NCBI GenBank assembly: GCA_964016885.1
Contig: OZ024748.1
Span: 8,060,001 to 8,124,000, forward strand
Length of the DNA stretch: 64,000 nucleotides
From: Eledone cirrhosa
Lineage: Eukaryota
Direction of reading: 5' to 3'
Shown: positions 28,298-42,933 of the stretch, piece after piece
Numbering within the stretch: the first letter of the stretch is position 1
Layout: each line of letters starts with the position of its first letter
Notes under the pieces: generated by a model
Database searches by the model: none
What the model saw: only the letters and a program-made list of their open reading frames with translations
What the model was told of the DNA's origin: nothing
Program-made: the position numbers and the translations under genes

Positions 28298-28515
28298 CAA
28301 CAATAATAACAATAATAATAAAATTAGAAATGGAAACAAAAGAAAAAAGAATAGAGAAAAAGGAAAAAAGAAAGAAAAAAGAAGGGGAAGGGAAGGGGGG
28401 TATGGCAAGAACTCTAGTGTCGCAGAAGAATGAGGAGGGGTGACTGGGATTTGGGCCTAGGGCATGGGGGTAGAATGACTGCGTCCCGTGGACAAGACCA
28501 CAAAAGCAAACCACA

Positions 28516-31109
28516 AGATCTGTCTTTATTAACCCCTATCTGTAAAGCTATGTTACAAGTTTAACCATAAGATCTCTCTCTATTCACCCCTATCTGTAAA
28601 GCTATGTTACAAGTTTAACCATAAGATCTCTCTCTATTCACCCCTATCTGTAAAGCTATGTTACAAGTTTAACCATAAGATCTGTCTCTATTCACCCCTA
28701 TCTGTAAAGCTATGTTACAAGTTTAACCATAAGATCTGTCTCTATTCACCCCTATCTGTAAAGCTATGTTACAAGTTTAACCATAAGATCTCTCTCTATT
28801 CACCCCTATCTGTAAAGCTATGTTACAAGTTTAACCATAAGATCTCTCTCTATTCACCCCTATCTGTAAAGCTATGTTACAAGTTTAACCATAAGATCTC
28901 TCTCTATTCACCCCTATCTGTAAAGCTATGTTACAAGTTTAACCATAAGATCTGTCTCTATTCACCCCTATCTGTAAAGCTATGTTACAAGTTTAACCAT
29001 AAGATCTGTCTCTATTCACCCCTATCTGTAAAGCTATGTTACAAGTTTAACCATAAGATCTCTCTCTATTCACCCCTATCTGTAAAGCTATGTTACAAGT
29101 TTAACCATAAGATCTCTCTCTATTCACCCCTATCTGTAAAGCTATGTTACAAGTTTAACCATAAGATCTCTCTCTATTCACCCCTATCTGTAAAGCTATG
29201 TTACAAGTTTAACCATAAGATCTCTCTCTATTCACCCCTATCTGTAAAGCTATGTTACAAGTTTAACCATAAGATCTCTCTCTATTCACCCCTATCTGTA
29301 AAGCTATGTTACAAGTTTAACCATAAGATCTCTCTCTATTCACCCCTATCTGTAAAGCTATGTTACAAGTTTAACCATAAGATCTCTCTCTATTCACCCC
29401 TATCTGTAAAGCTATGTTACAAGTTTAACCATAAGATCTCTCTCTATTCACCCCTATCTGTAAAGCTATGTTACAAGTTTAACCATAAGATCTCTCTCTA
29501 TTCACCCCTATCTGTAAAGCTATGTTACAAGTTTAACCATAAGATCTCTCTCTATTCACCCCTATCTGTAAAGCTATGTTACAAGTTTAACCATAAGATC
29601 TGTCTCTATTCACCCCTATCTGTAAAGCTATGTTACAAGTTTAACCATAAGATCTCTCTCTATTCACCCCTATCTGTAAAGCTATGTTACAAGTTTAACC
29701 ATAAGATCTCTCTCTATTCACCCCTATCTGTAAAGCTATGTTACAAGTTTAACCATAAGATCTCTCTCTATTCACCCCTATCTGTAAAGCTATGTTACAA
29801 GTTTAACCATAAGATCTCTCTCTATTCACCCCTATCTGTAAAGCTATGTTACAAGTTTAACCATAAGATCTGTCTCTATTCACCCCTATCTGTAAAGCTA
29901 TGTTACAAGTTTAACCATAAGATCTGTCTCTATTCACCCCTATCTGTAAAGCTATGTTACAAGTTTAACCATAAGATCTCTCTCTATTCACCCCTATCTG
30001 TAAAGCTATGTTACAAGTTTAACCATAAGATCTCTCTCTATTCACCCCTATCTGTAAAGCTATGTTACAAGTTTAACCATAAGATCTCTCTCTATTCACC
30101 CCTATCTGTAAAGCTATGTTACAAGTTTAACCATAAGATCTCTCTCTATTCACCCCTATCTGTAAAGCTATGTTACAAGTTTAACCATAAGATCTCTCTC
30201 TATTCACCCCTATCTGTAAAGCTATGTTACAAGTTTAACCATAAGATCTCTCTCTATTCACCCCTATCTGTAAAGCTATGTTACAAGTTTAACCATAAGA
30301 TCTCTCTCTATTCACCCCTATCTGTAAAGCTATGTTACAAGTTTAACCATAAGATCTCTCTCTATTCACCCCTATCTGTAAAGCTATGTTACAAGTTTAA
30401 CCATAAGATCTCTCTCTATTCACCCCTATCTGTAAAGCTATGTTACAAGTTTAACCATAAGATCTCTCTCTATTCACCCCTATCTGTAAAGCTATGTTAC
30501 AAGTTTAACCATAAGATCTGTCTCTATTCACCCCTATCTGTAAAGCTATGTTACAAGTTTAACCATAAGATCTCTCTCTATTCACCCCTATCTGTAAAGC
30601 TATGTTACAAGTTTAACCATAAGATCTCTCTCTATTCACCCCTATCTGTAAAGCTATGTTACAAGTTTAACCATAAGATCTCTCTCTATTCACCCCTATC
30701 TGTAAAGCTATGTTACAAGTTTAACCATAAGATCTCTCTCTCTATTCACCCCTATCTGTAAAGCTATGTTACAAGTTTAACCATAAGATCTCTCTCTATT
30801 CACCCCTATCTGTAAAGCTATGTTACAAGTTTAACCATAAGATCTCTCTCTATTCACCCCTATCTGTAAAGCTATGTTACAAGTTTAACCATAAGATCTC
30901 TCTCTATTCACCCCTATCTGTAAAGCTATGTTACAAGTTTAACCATAAGATCTCTCTCTATTCACCCCTATCTGTAAAGCTATGTTACAAGTTTAACCAT
31001 AAGATCTCTCTCTATTCACCCCTATCTGTAAAGCTATGTTACAAGTTTAACCATAAGATCTCTCTCTATTCACCCCTATCTGTAAAGCTATGTTACAAGT
31101 TTAACCATT
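28516..31109. repeat. Minisatellite, 54-bp unit, about 48 copies, highly homogeneous
   Basis: Unit AGATCT(C/G)TCTCTATTCACCCCTATCTGTAAAGCTATGTTACAAGTTTAACCATA. Phase recurs every 270 bp. Confidence 0.98.
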
Positions 31110-31273
31110 AGCGGGTCAAGTCTGACCATTAAACTGACAACTTTCCTTCTGTCTTCAATGATAAATGTGGAGCTCTGCTGTAGCTGCTAATGTAACACTT
31201 ATTATTACTGCCTTTTACTGCCCTGACTGGCACTGCTTCCAAAAACATCACCACCACCACCACCACCACCACC

Positions 31274-31380
<107 letters not shown>

Positions 31381-31426
31381 TACTACTACTACCACTACCA
31401 CCACCACCACCACCTACACCACCACC

Positions 31427-31491
<65 letters not shown>

Positions 31492-31569
31492 CACCACCAT
31501 CGTACCTCCTTATAATATATATTTAAGTACCACTCCAACACATATAAACATCCATACGTATATATAGTT

Positions 31570-31683
<114 letters not shown>

Positions 31684-31739
31684 TATGCATGTTATATGAG
31701 ATAGATCTGGGTATTCAGATACATGCATAGCTAAATGTA

Positions 31740-31858
<119 letters not shown>

Positions 31859-33569
31859 GGTGTGGGAGGGGTTAGAGGAAAGTAAGCGAAAGATGCGCGT
31901 GCCAGTTTGTGTGTGTATGTGTATGTGTGTATGTGTGTATCTGTATGTGTGTGTGCATATGTGTATGTGTGTGTACATGTGAATATGTGTGTATATGATT
32001 GCATACCTGTATCAGTGTGTATGTGTGTGTGCATGTGTACTTGTGTATGTATGTGTATGCGTGTGTTTACGTGTTTGTATGTGTAGCTGTGTGCATGTGT
32101 ATGTGTTTGTATGTGAATTTATGTGCGTGTGACTGTATGTGTGTGTAACTGTATGTGTATGTGTGTGTATGTGAGTGTGTAAGTGTGTGACTGTATGTAA
32201 ACATATTTTATTAAAGCACATTATCCTCCTAGAGTAGCCATCACTGTTTTCCTCAGGTGTCATTTCCAAACACGAGGCCTTTTTTGTCCCAATAAATAAA
32301 CGTAGATATTTTTCAAATTTGAAATGTAGTCGTCCTAACGCTGATGACTATAATAAGAGTCAATTACTCTAAATAATAGTTGAAAAAAAATCTAGTAAAT
32401 TATACCTGGAAATGGAATAAATGAACAAAGGAGTCGCTGTTCCTATTATTATAATCGTCTACGTTGGGAGCACTACATTTCAAATTTTAAATATTCCCCC
32501 TACTCTTTACTTTCATGTCTTTTGTTTTATTTTTTTGTCTCAAAAGAGGATGAAGCTACACCTGGAAAATTTTACTTCAGTATGTTTCGATAATATACGA
32601 TGAGCGTTAGTTCGATACACCGACCCCAGGGTCGCAAAATTGGAAAAGATCATACGAAGGACTATTAGATTTCTATCTAAAACGTCTTCTCCGTTCCAGA
32701 TCTGCTAAGGCCAACACAGTTTGCTAGCAGTGCTGTTACTTAAGTTTTCAGAACTCAGTAGAAGACTTAATGATTCAATTCCTAATTTACGTCATATTAT
32801 GGACCCACCCTTAACTCTTCGTGGAGTCTCAGGGACGCCATGTGATATTTATGACATTTAAACTCGGGTGGAGCCCAATCCTTTTTCCAGGTCGATAAAC
32901 ATCCGAACTATTCCAGAGAAAGTGAGAGAAAAAATATACATATAAAGGAAGAATCGATCCCAGTATAAAACTGGTACTTTATTTATCGACCTCCAGAGAA
33001 TGAAAGACAAAGTTGACCTCGGAGGGAGTTAAACCCAGACCCTAGAAAGCTGGAATGTATACTGCAAAATATTTTATCCGATGTTCTAACGCCACCAAAT
33101 CGTCGCTTTACCTCTAGTTTATATAACCAAATAAATCAACTCTAATTCTACAGAGAGAGAAAGAGGGTGAGAGAGAGAAGAAGGCTGGGTGAGAGAGAGA
33201 ATGAATGCAACAGAGAGAGAGGGGGGGGGAAGGAAGGCAAGAGAGAGCGGGGGTAGAGGGGAGAGAGAGAAAGAATCTGAAATGCATACTAGAGTACATC
33301 TAATGACATACAATACAAATTTTAGCCATCAGTGTACTGTAGAAAATCTCTCTCTCTCGACGGGACTAGATAACAGAAAAGACGTGGTCACTGATAAAGA
33401 CACTAATGGTAATTGATACCAGCCAGGTGAATCTTCATTGCTTCTCTAAAGGGAGATAAAACAAGGAATTATCTGCATTGGGACGACCGTATTTTTAATT
33501 TTTTATTTCAAATTTCCCAAAGATGTGTAGGCGAACCAATCATGTTCACATTAATTACATGCTAAATGA

Positions 33570-33758
33570 GGGCGGTGGATTGGCAGTATCGGTAGAGGGT
33601 CGGACGCCATTCTTTCCAGCATAGTTACGTCCCTTTACGATCTGAGTTCAAATCCCGCCGAGGTTGACTTTGCCTTTCATCCTTACGGGGTCGATAAAAT
33701 AAAGTACCAGTTATGCAGTGGGTAATTGCTGGCCTTGTGCCTAAAGTAGAAACAATTA
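33570..33758 (+). mobile_element. tRNA-derived SINE (family A), full length, with target-site duplication
   Basis: GGGCGGTGGATTGGCAG head; B-box-like GAGTTCAAATCCC; MetaSINE-like core GCCTTTCATCCTTACGGGGTCGATAAAATAAAGTACCAG; tail CCTTGTGCCTAAAGTAGAAACA. TSD ATTAATTACATGCT at 33550-33563 and 33755-33768. Confidence 0.88.
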
Positions 33759-34139
33759 ATTACATGCTTAAACCATCTAAAAACAAAACAAAAGACGATA
33801 ATTATTGAACACCATCACCATCCCACCATTATCGTAATACTTTAACACACTCGGGTGGCATACGAAAGGTACATGGTTCGATTCCCTGCAGTTGTTTCTG
33901 TTCACGTTTTGTCGTCTTCGGGGTACTTTACTTTACAATTTATTCAACTATTATTTATAGTTATTAACTGTGATTATAGTTCTTCATTGTGCTGACTATC
34001 TTTCGAAGTACTTGGTAACTCCTCCAGTCTTGTTTATTTGTCTACGTATATTCCATCACAGTGATGGCTAAAGTTTCGATTGGTAAATATCAGATTAACT
34101 TTACTCACTATATCTTTCAAATTGCGTAGCATACACACA

Positions 34140-34194
<55 letters not shown>

Positions 34195-34216
34195 ACATAT
34201 ACACACACACACACTA

Positions 34217-34252
<36 letters not shown>

Positions 34253-34373
34253 GTATATATACCCATAAACAACACACATATCCACGCACTCATACATATA
34301 CGGTGATACATGTGTATATGTGCTTCTGTATGAATGCATACATACGTAGGTACATACATATATACATATACAT

Positions 34374-34424
<51 letters not shown>

Positions 34425-36262
34425 TATATATATGATATATATATTCATGCTCAGCCCCAAAATGGTAATTTATTCACATTTAAGATAAAACATTAAAACA
34501 TTGGAAACATTGACAAGAAAAAAACATGCGAAAAAACATTGATGGATTTACTGTCGTTGTGAATAGTAAATGTGAAATTCAATAAGCTATGAGATTTGTG
34601 ATCGTGGAACGATGTATGAATGGAATAACAAACATGTATGTCGATATATGTACACATGTGTGTAGATATATGTAGAGACATGGCCAATTGCTGGCAGTGT
34701 GGAAAAACTGTTGGGCCATAATATCTCTATGATTTGTATTTTAGATGAATGCAGTTGTGTTTCCTTTTTTGACTGGCAGTTGAGGATTTGAATGTTAGTA
34801 AAAACGATATAATAGCCCTTCAATGTCAAAGATTACAAGGACCATTGCTTACTTGTGTGTTTTAACTATAGGAAGTACATTACACTTTAGGTGAAGGGTT
34901 ATCGAAGTCAAAAGGTTTGTTTCTGCCGTGGTTACTAAATGGATACTTGTGAGAATAAAATCTAATATTAAAAAAGTTTGATGTCACACAAACGTAAGCT
35001 TAAGGGGTATCAATGGTAACTATATAAGGGTATACAATACCTTTGGCCAAATATCCTTTTTATTCCAGAAGTCAGTTGTTGATATCAATGCTGTTACCGC
35101 GGCTGGTGTGTTACCCTGATTAGTAAGCTAAGAGGTGATAAAATATACTAAATTGCAGTCAAGTTTTGGGTATTGGTGTAGAACTCTGTCGTTGCATTGT
35201 TGTTATAGATCCGGTGATATCTATGATTTTGGAGTAAATACTTTTTAAAGATTTTAAAGAAGTTGACAGTAAATGATGGATCGATAATGATATTGAACGG
35301 AGGTGAGTTTCAGGTAATGTTTCTTTTTCTGTCTTCGAAAATTATGACAAGTCGTTGGAAGCATTAGAGTAAATTGTTTTATCCTCAATGTTTCAATGTA
35401 ATAGTTGGATGCATTAGGGAAATTGTGTTCGCTACCAGAAAGTAGGAAGAGGTTAAATAAGATGTTCGGAATCAGTTTTTGAGGGTTAAAACATCTGTGA
35501 ATGTTATTAGTTGTTAGGGTTGTGGTGAGAGTAATAGAAGAGAAAGGAGAAGTGGAGAGAAACATTGTCTTTGTCAAAGGTTATTTGAAAACCTAAGTTT
35601 CTTCTTTGTCAAAGGTTATTTGAAAACCTAAGTTTCTTGAAATGAAAGCTGAGATATGAAGAGAAGAAAATAATATTTATTTGGGTATATATTCAATTGT
35701 ATATACACGAGGGTGATGGATTGTTTTGCCGTATTACTTTCTACTTTCGGAGTTCAAATCCTGCCGAGGCCAACGATGCCTATCATTTTTCCAGGGTCGG
35801 TAAAATAAAGTACCAGTTACATACTGAGGTCAATATAGTAATCGACTTTCTACTTCCCCCAAACAAATTGCTGGCCTTGTGCCAATATTAGAAATAGTTA
35901 ATATCTCAATACACTGTAATAACCTTACGTACGACATTCCTTATATAGTAATTTTCAATCAGTGAATTACAAATCTCCGGATAAGCTGTTTCCATTAAGT
36001 ATCAATCTCTCCCTGTCTTTCTCTCTTTCTTCCCTACCTCCTTCTATTTCTATCCAGTTTTTTCTACCATCTATTTATCACTCTCTCTCTCTATGTATCA
36101 CACCATCTTATGTCTTCTTTAGATAATACTCTCTTAGTGGTTTAAATATGTTTAGCCTCAGTATAAATTGTTATTTAAACTTATATTTCAGAAAATAATA
36201 TTCCTCGTGAGGATACGACGAGAGTTGAAGGACGATAAATAAAATAACTATTCTGTTTTTAA

Positions 36263-36410
36263 TAATTGTTTCTACTTTAGGCACAAGGCCAGCAATTACC
36301 CAGTGCATTACTGGTACTTTATTTTATCGACCTCGTAAGGATGAAAGGCAAAGTCAACCTCGGCGGGATTTGAACTCAGATCGTAAAGGGGCGTAACTAT
36401 GCTGGAAAGC
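36263..36410 (-). mobile_element. SINE family A, 5'-truncated
   Basis: Reverse core and tail. More diverged copies lie at about 1150-1243, 19297-19440, 32950-33110, 35745-35897 and 39490-39600. Confidence 0.8.
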
Positions 36411-36515
36411 AAATGATGTTTTCAAGATTGTGGTTTCTTTTTCAATAAGGATTTCTTTGATTGTCTAACATGACTTATATCTCTACACCTAGACGCACAC
36501 ACATATATATATATG

Positions 36516-36612
<97 letters not shown>

Positions 36613-36803
36613 CAGGAATTTATATCGATTCGGATATACGGTAATTCCAACTCCGGTGTACAATCACCGCTCAATGAAAGAAGTTACGAAAAAAAACTTA
36701 ATCCTAGCGAACTCTTCAACAACAATGTTATGGAGACAACAATACCTTAATATCTTGTAACATATAACATAAAAACAAGCGTAAAAATAGAGATAGGGGT
36801 AAA

Positions 36804-36889
<86 letters not shown>

Positions 36890-37001
36890 ATAATGTGGAA
36901 AGTGATATATGTACTATACTTGTATATATATAAATATATATATATATAAATATATATATATATATTTATATATATCGCGAGTTTTTGTATGCATGTATAT
37001 G

Positions 37002-37058
<57 letters not shown>

Positions 37059-37108
37059 ATATATTAGAAATATAAGCTATCGCCGTATTTTGACTAAAGA
37101 AACTATTT

Positions 37109-37257
<149 letters not shown>

Positions 37258-38071
37258 ATATGTATTCACATATACATGCATACAAAAACTCGCGACACAA
37301 AACTGAAAATTTATTTTACTTGCACTAAAACTAAAATCAACACACTTTTAACAATGAACAAAGAAGAGTTGTGTAACAACAATAACAACAACAGCAACAG
37401 TAATAACGGTGTGATAATGGTGTAATTGGGGCAGGATTACAGGGAGGAAATGAAAATCTTGATGGGGAAGGACGGGGTTTACATTGTAGAAATCAACCAT
37501 GAAAAGTGACAGCATGAAAGGAAATGAAGTGAATTGTATCAATAATGAAATAGCCTGCTGGGGGCAATTTTGTTTTGTTGTTGATGATGGTGGTGATGGT
37601 GGTGGTGGTGGTGGTGATGGTGGTGATGGTGATGGATGGATGGATGGTGGTGGTGGTGGTGGTGGTGGTGATGGTGATGGATGGATGGTGGTGGTGGTGG
37701 TGGTGGTGGTGGTGGTGATGGTGGCAATGTTGTTGTTGTTGTTGTGGTGGTGGTGGTTGTGCTAAAAAGTGATCATGATGGTGGTGTTTGTGGTGATGGT
37801 GGTGGTGAGGATGGTGGTGGTCGTCGTCATCGTGATGCTGCTGCTGCTGTTGCTGTTGGCGGTACAAGTGTAGGTATCAACAAAACAAAGTTATATAAAA
37901 ATAATTGGGCGGAAGTCAGAGATGTTATACAAAGAAGATATTTAGAAAATGTGAGTAAAAATATTAAGAAATAAATATCTTTGGAGGATGTTCGGAGATA
38001 CGAAATAAATATAACTAGATGTTGTTTTGTGAACATTACATACAAATACATTGAAAAATTCCCACCACAAC

Positions 38072-38620
38072 CACCACCATATTGTGTTTTACAAACCCTT
38101 AAGACAATCTCTCACCCAGCACCATATTGTTCAACAAACCCTTAAGAAAATATCTCACCCACCACCATATTGTTCCACAAACCCTTAAGAAAATCTCTCA
38201 CCCACCACCATATTGTTCCACAAACCCTTAAGAAAATCTCTCACCCACCACCATATTGTTTCACAAACCCTTAAGACAATCTCTCACCCACCACCATATT
38301 GTTCCACAAACCCTTAAGAAAATCTCTCACCCACCACCATATTGTTTCACAAACCCTTAAGACAATCTCTCACCCACCACCATATTGTTCCACAAACCCT
38401 TAAGACAATCTCTCACCCACCACCATATTGTTCAACAAACCCTTAAGAAAATCTCTCACCCACCACCATATTGTTTCACAAACCCTTAAGACAATCTCTC
38501 ACCCACCACCATATTGCTCCACAAACCCTTAAGAAAATCTCTCACCCACCACCATATTGTTCCACAAACCCTTAAGAAAATCTCTCACCCACCACCATAT
38601 TGTTCCACAAACCCTTAAGG
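38072..38620. repeat. Minisatellite, 43-bp unit, about 13 copies
   Basis: Unit CCCACCACCATATTGTTCCACAAACCCTTAAGAAAATCTCTCA. Confidence 0.95.
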
Positions 38621-40491
38621 TAATCTCTATCTCTGACAATACCTAGGCAGCCCACTTTTCATCTGTTGGATACCTATGATAGCTCCGAGGAAAGATTCAT
38701 TAGTTTTTTCTCGCAAAATATCATACTGCCGTGTGGTCGTTGTTTTGTTCGATGTTGTCTGTGAAAAGAAATGTTTCTAAAAACGTTCTTTCACTCTTAT
38801 TTTCATCATTACTAGTGTGTGTGTATGTTTATACGTGTGTGTATGTGTGTATGTGTGTGTGTATGTGAGTGTGTGTGAGTATGTGTGTGTATGTATGTGT
38901 CTATATTGTTGTTGATACTGTTTGTCTTTCCACTTCGAATATTTAAGTCAATATTGTTTGTAACAAAGTTATTTTTTCAGCCTCTGTGTATATATGTGTG
39001 CGAATGTGTGTGTGTATGTGTGTGTGTGTATGTGTGTGTATGTGTGTGTATATGTGGGTGTATATGTATGTGTGTATGTGTGTATATGTGTTTATTGTAT
39101 GCGAGTGTTTGTGTGTGTGAGTGTATGTTTGTGACAACGTTATTTTGTCTTCGTGTGTGGATGTGTATTATATGTGTATGTGTGTATATATATATATAAG
39201 TGTGTGTATGTGTGACAAGGTTATTTTTTTCTGCTTGTGCGTTTATTCGGTGTTGTTAGCCATCTTTTAATGTTCATTTTTTAAAATCTTTGCTAATGTT
39301 TGTTTTTTTTTGCAGATGTTCGGTTTAGGAGTGGGCGGGGGGGGGGGTTATCGTCTGCATTGTTCCTACCACTAATATGACAAACACAGTTTCCCCTCTA
39401 TAAACAGGTGTGTTGAAATAATATAGCTTGACGAACACACTGTTGCTCAGCAGAAGAGAACAGTCGATGTAGTCGACGTCAGTAGCTAAGTGGTACTTTA
39501 TTTTATCGACCTCGGAAGGATGAAAGGCAAAGTTAGCCTCGGAGGGATTTAAAACTTAAAATGAAAAGTGTCAAAATAAATGGCACCAAGCATTTTGACC
39601 TGACTATGACTGCAGTTTATGAGATATACCGCAGAACAAGAAAAACGATGAGCTTCCATATGTTGAAGCAGAGTGGTAAATGTTTAAGATGAACATTCAT
39701 TAATTCAAGAGGATTGGTATCTGATGCAAACAAATTTCCTCCGTCGATGTCAGATTCAACATCTTTATGGACTTCACGTGTTGAGTTACGTATGGCGAAC
39801 TATAATGTTTAATAATTCGCGACTAGTATAACAGCTCTTTATGGCTCTCATTGCATTGGGATAAAAAAAGTCTGTAAATGAGTATGTTTGCCCCAATTAA
39901 TAGTATAATATTAACATACCACATACTATGTCATATACATACATATATATATATGTATATCTGTGTGGGTAGCAACACGTGTTGGTTTATCCAAACTCAA
40001 GTATATATCAGCTGTACAGGAAACATAGTTGAAGGGAAATGATTGATAAGTGCTACAGAATGTATCGATAATGAGAGGCGAGCCATTAACTACTAACTGT
40101 TAAATATTAACGAAAGACTTCTACAATATGATTCAGTTTTAATGGGCCTAGAAAAGGTAAGAAAATGTAGAGTAAAGAAAAATTTAAGAAATGAGTTTCT
40201 GTGGAGAAAAGAGAAGCAATATTTGAAAAGATTGTGACTGTATGGCCAACTTGAACAATAAATATATGCGTTTGTAGACTGAAATACCCTGAAGTTGGCT
40301 TTCTTGTAGAAAAACTGAAACACTTTTGATATCAGCCCCAGGTCAAGCTTTGAGTATTAACTTGGTGACTAAAGAGATATGTAATATTGGTGAAGGTGTG
40401 AAGAGCCGTTTATGTTGAATTAATACGGAAAGTGTCACCTTCACAGCGAGCGCTTGCAAAATGCTAGATCAATATATATATATATATATAT

Positions 40492-40706
40492 AGGAGGCTG
40501 GACTGGTGTAAATCCTTGAAAAGTTTATTATACTATGATCATTTCAATGACCGCGTTCCGTATGAATCCGGTGATATCATCAGGTATTCGATGATAGACC
40601 ATACAGACACCCATATATATGCCTTTGTTAAAATATGGGTTCTTTGGAATAACATTTTTCGCGGCGTCTTCTAGCATGACTGTAGTGTGACCCTTACGCT
40701 GACTTT

Positions 40707-40763
<57 letters not shown>

Positions 40764-41050
40764 TTTTTTATTCTCTGACGGAGAGGTGGTAGTACATTAT
40801 AAGCCTTCGCCCCTTCACCAGATGGTCATTAGTAGACTGAGTTGCCATCACTTGAGGGCGACTGACCGAGGTGAAAACAGCTAGTTGGTCAGTCGTCCTC
40901 TCTGTCTCTGATTTCGGACCCATGGATTTTATATATTCCTTTGTTATATTTCGAATACCTGATGATATCGCCGGATTCAGACGGAACCCGGTCATTGAAA
41001 TGATTATAGTATAATAAACTTTTCAAGGATTTACACCAGTCCAGCCTCCT
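40492..41050. mobile_element. Penelope-like element with ~100-bp inverted termini
   Basis: 40492-40591 is the reverse complement of 40950-41050. The arms carry CCTGATGA...GGAACCCGGTC (degenerate hammerhead) and AATAAA. Confidence 0.6.
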
Positions 41051-41267
41051 GTCATTTTATTTATAATAATTAACTCCGTATTAGCACCACCAACTACAAA
41101 AACAAAGACGGGTGAACTGCACTACGTTGAGTACTCTCCATAATATTACATCAAGATTGACCATACGGAATGACCAATTCTATCCAGTGGTGAACCAACA
41201 AACCTAAATAAATAAATAAATAAATAAATATATATATATATAAATATATATATATATAAATATAAAT

Positions 41268-41317
<50 letters not shown>

Positions 41318-41319
<2 letters not shown>

Positions 41320-41523
41320 CGAAGGAAATGTGGTAAGGAACCAGGTGGACCATAACGCACCAAAGTACTCAATACTTGAGGTAGTAGAGTGGGTAATAGG
41401 AACCAGTAAGACCCCGACAGCTGAGCTCAAGCCGTTTCGACGGCTAATTCTGGACTAAAAAGATTTTAGTCCAGAATTAGCCGTCGAAACGGCTTGAGCT
41501 CAGCTGTCGGGGTCTTACTGGTT

Positions 41524-41527
<4 letters not shown>
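41318..41527. mobile_element. P1 fold-back, copy d
   Basis: Arms of about 65 bp around CTAAAAAGATTTTAG; in (TA)n. Confidence 0.7.
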
Positions 41528-41607
<80 letters not shown>

Positions 41608-42035
41608 ATGACATGACAAAGTCTGTTTGTACCTTCACTGATCAATATACAAAAGATCTAGATATCATAGATACCAGGTGTTTGATAAGAAATACCAGCA
41701 TGTTACAAGAGGATGACATTGACTCTAGGAACAAACCCAAGATAGTTTGGAATCTCCCTATGTAAACGGACAATAAGTGCAAACAACACAGGCCTGATAA
41801 TGTAGTTATGTACGGCAGAGACTAGCATGAATGCCAATTTATTGTTGCTACAAGGAGACCAAAACCACCATGAAGGAAATTGTATAAATAACGAAATATA
41901 TCCCGATTTAAATATTGAAAATGCTCGAACGGGATCAATGACAGCTAATGAGGAGGACATAATTGTTATAGGAAGTTTGGGTTGGATAACACCACAGCTG
42001 GGTTAGGGTTTGGACCACAGCTGAGAGAACATGTT

Positions 42036-42463
<428 letters not shown>

Positions 42464-42625
42464 TAAAATCTGCAGCAACAATCAGCAGTATTAAAGAGAG
42501 TTTGTAGCAGCAATAATGGAAGCCAAGATGGTTGTTAGTGGCAACGGCAACAATGGAAGGAGCCAGGACATAAAGTAAAGAACCGGTGGAGTGGTGCAGT
42601 CGTCAATATATATTGTAACAGTGGC

Positions 42626-42672
<47 letters not shown>

Positions 42673-42933
42673 TTTCTTTATTAACCACAAGGGTTTACAT
42701 AAAGTAGACATTAAGGACAGTGCAGAACAATGCAGGACGGTACAAATGGGCATTTCTGCGTGTAAAAAAAACAAAAACAGAGGATGTAACAAAAATAACA
42801 ATGAAAATAACAATGAAAAATTCCCCAATAGGGGGGAGACTTCGGAGGGACATTTGTGGAGAAAGCCCAGTGAAAAGCCACAATGACCCTGACCACCAAG
42901 GCAAGTGCCCTCTCCCAGTTTTCCACCTTTAGT

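Noticed and set aside
33570-33660. tRNA genes
   Set aside because: The A/B-box-like heads belong to SINEs; no complete cloverleaf.
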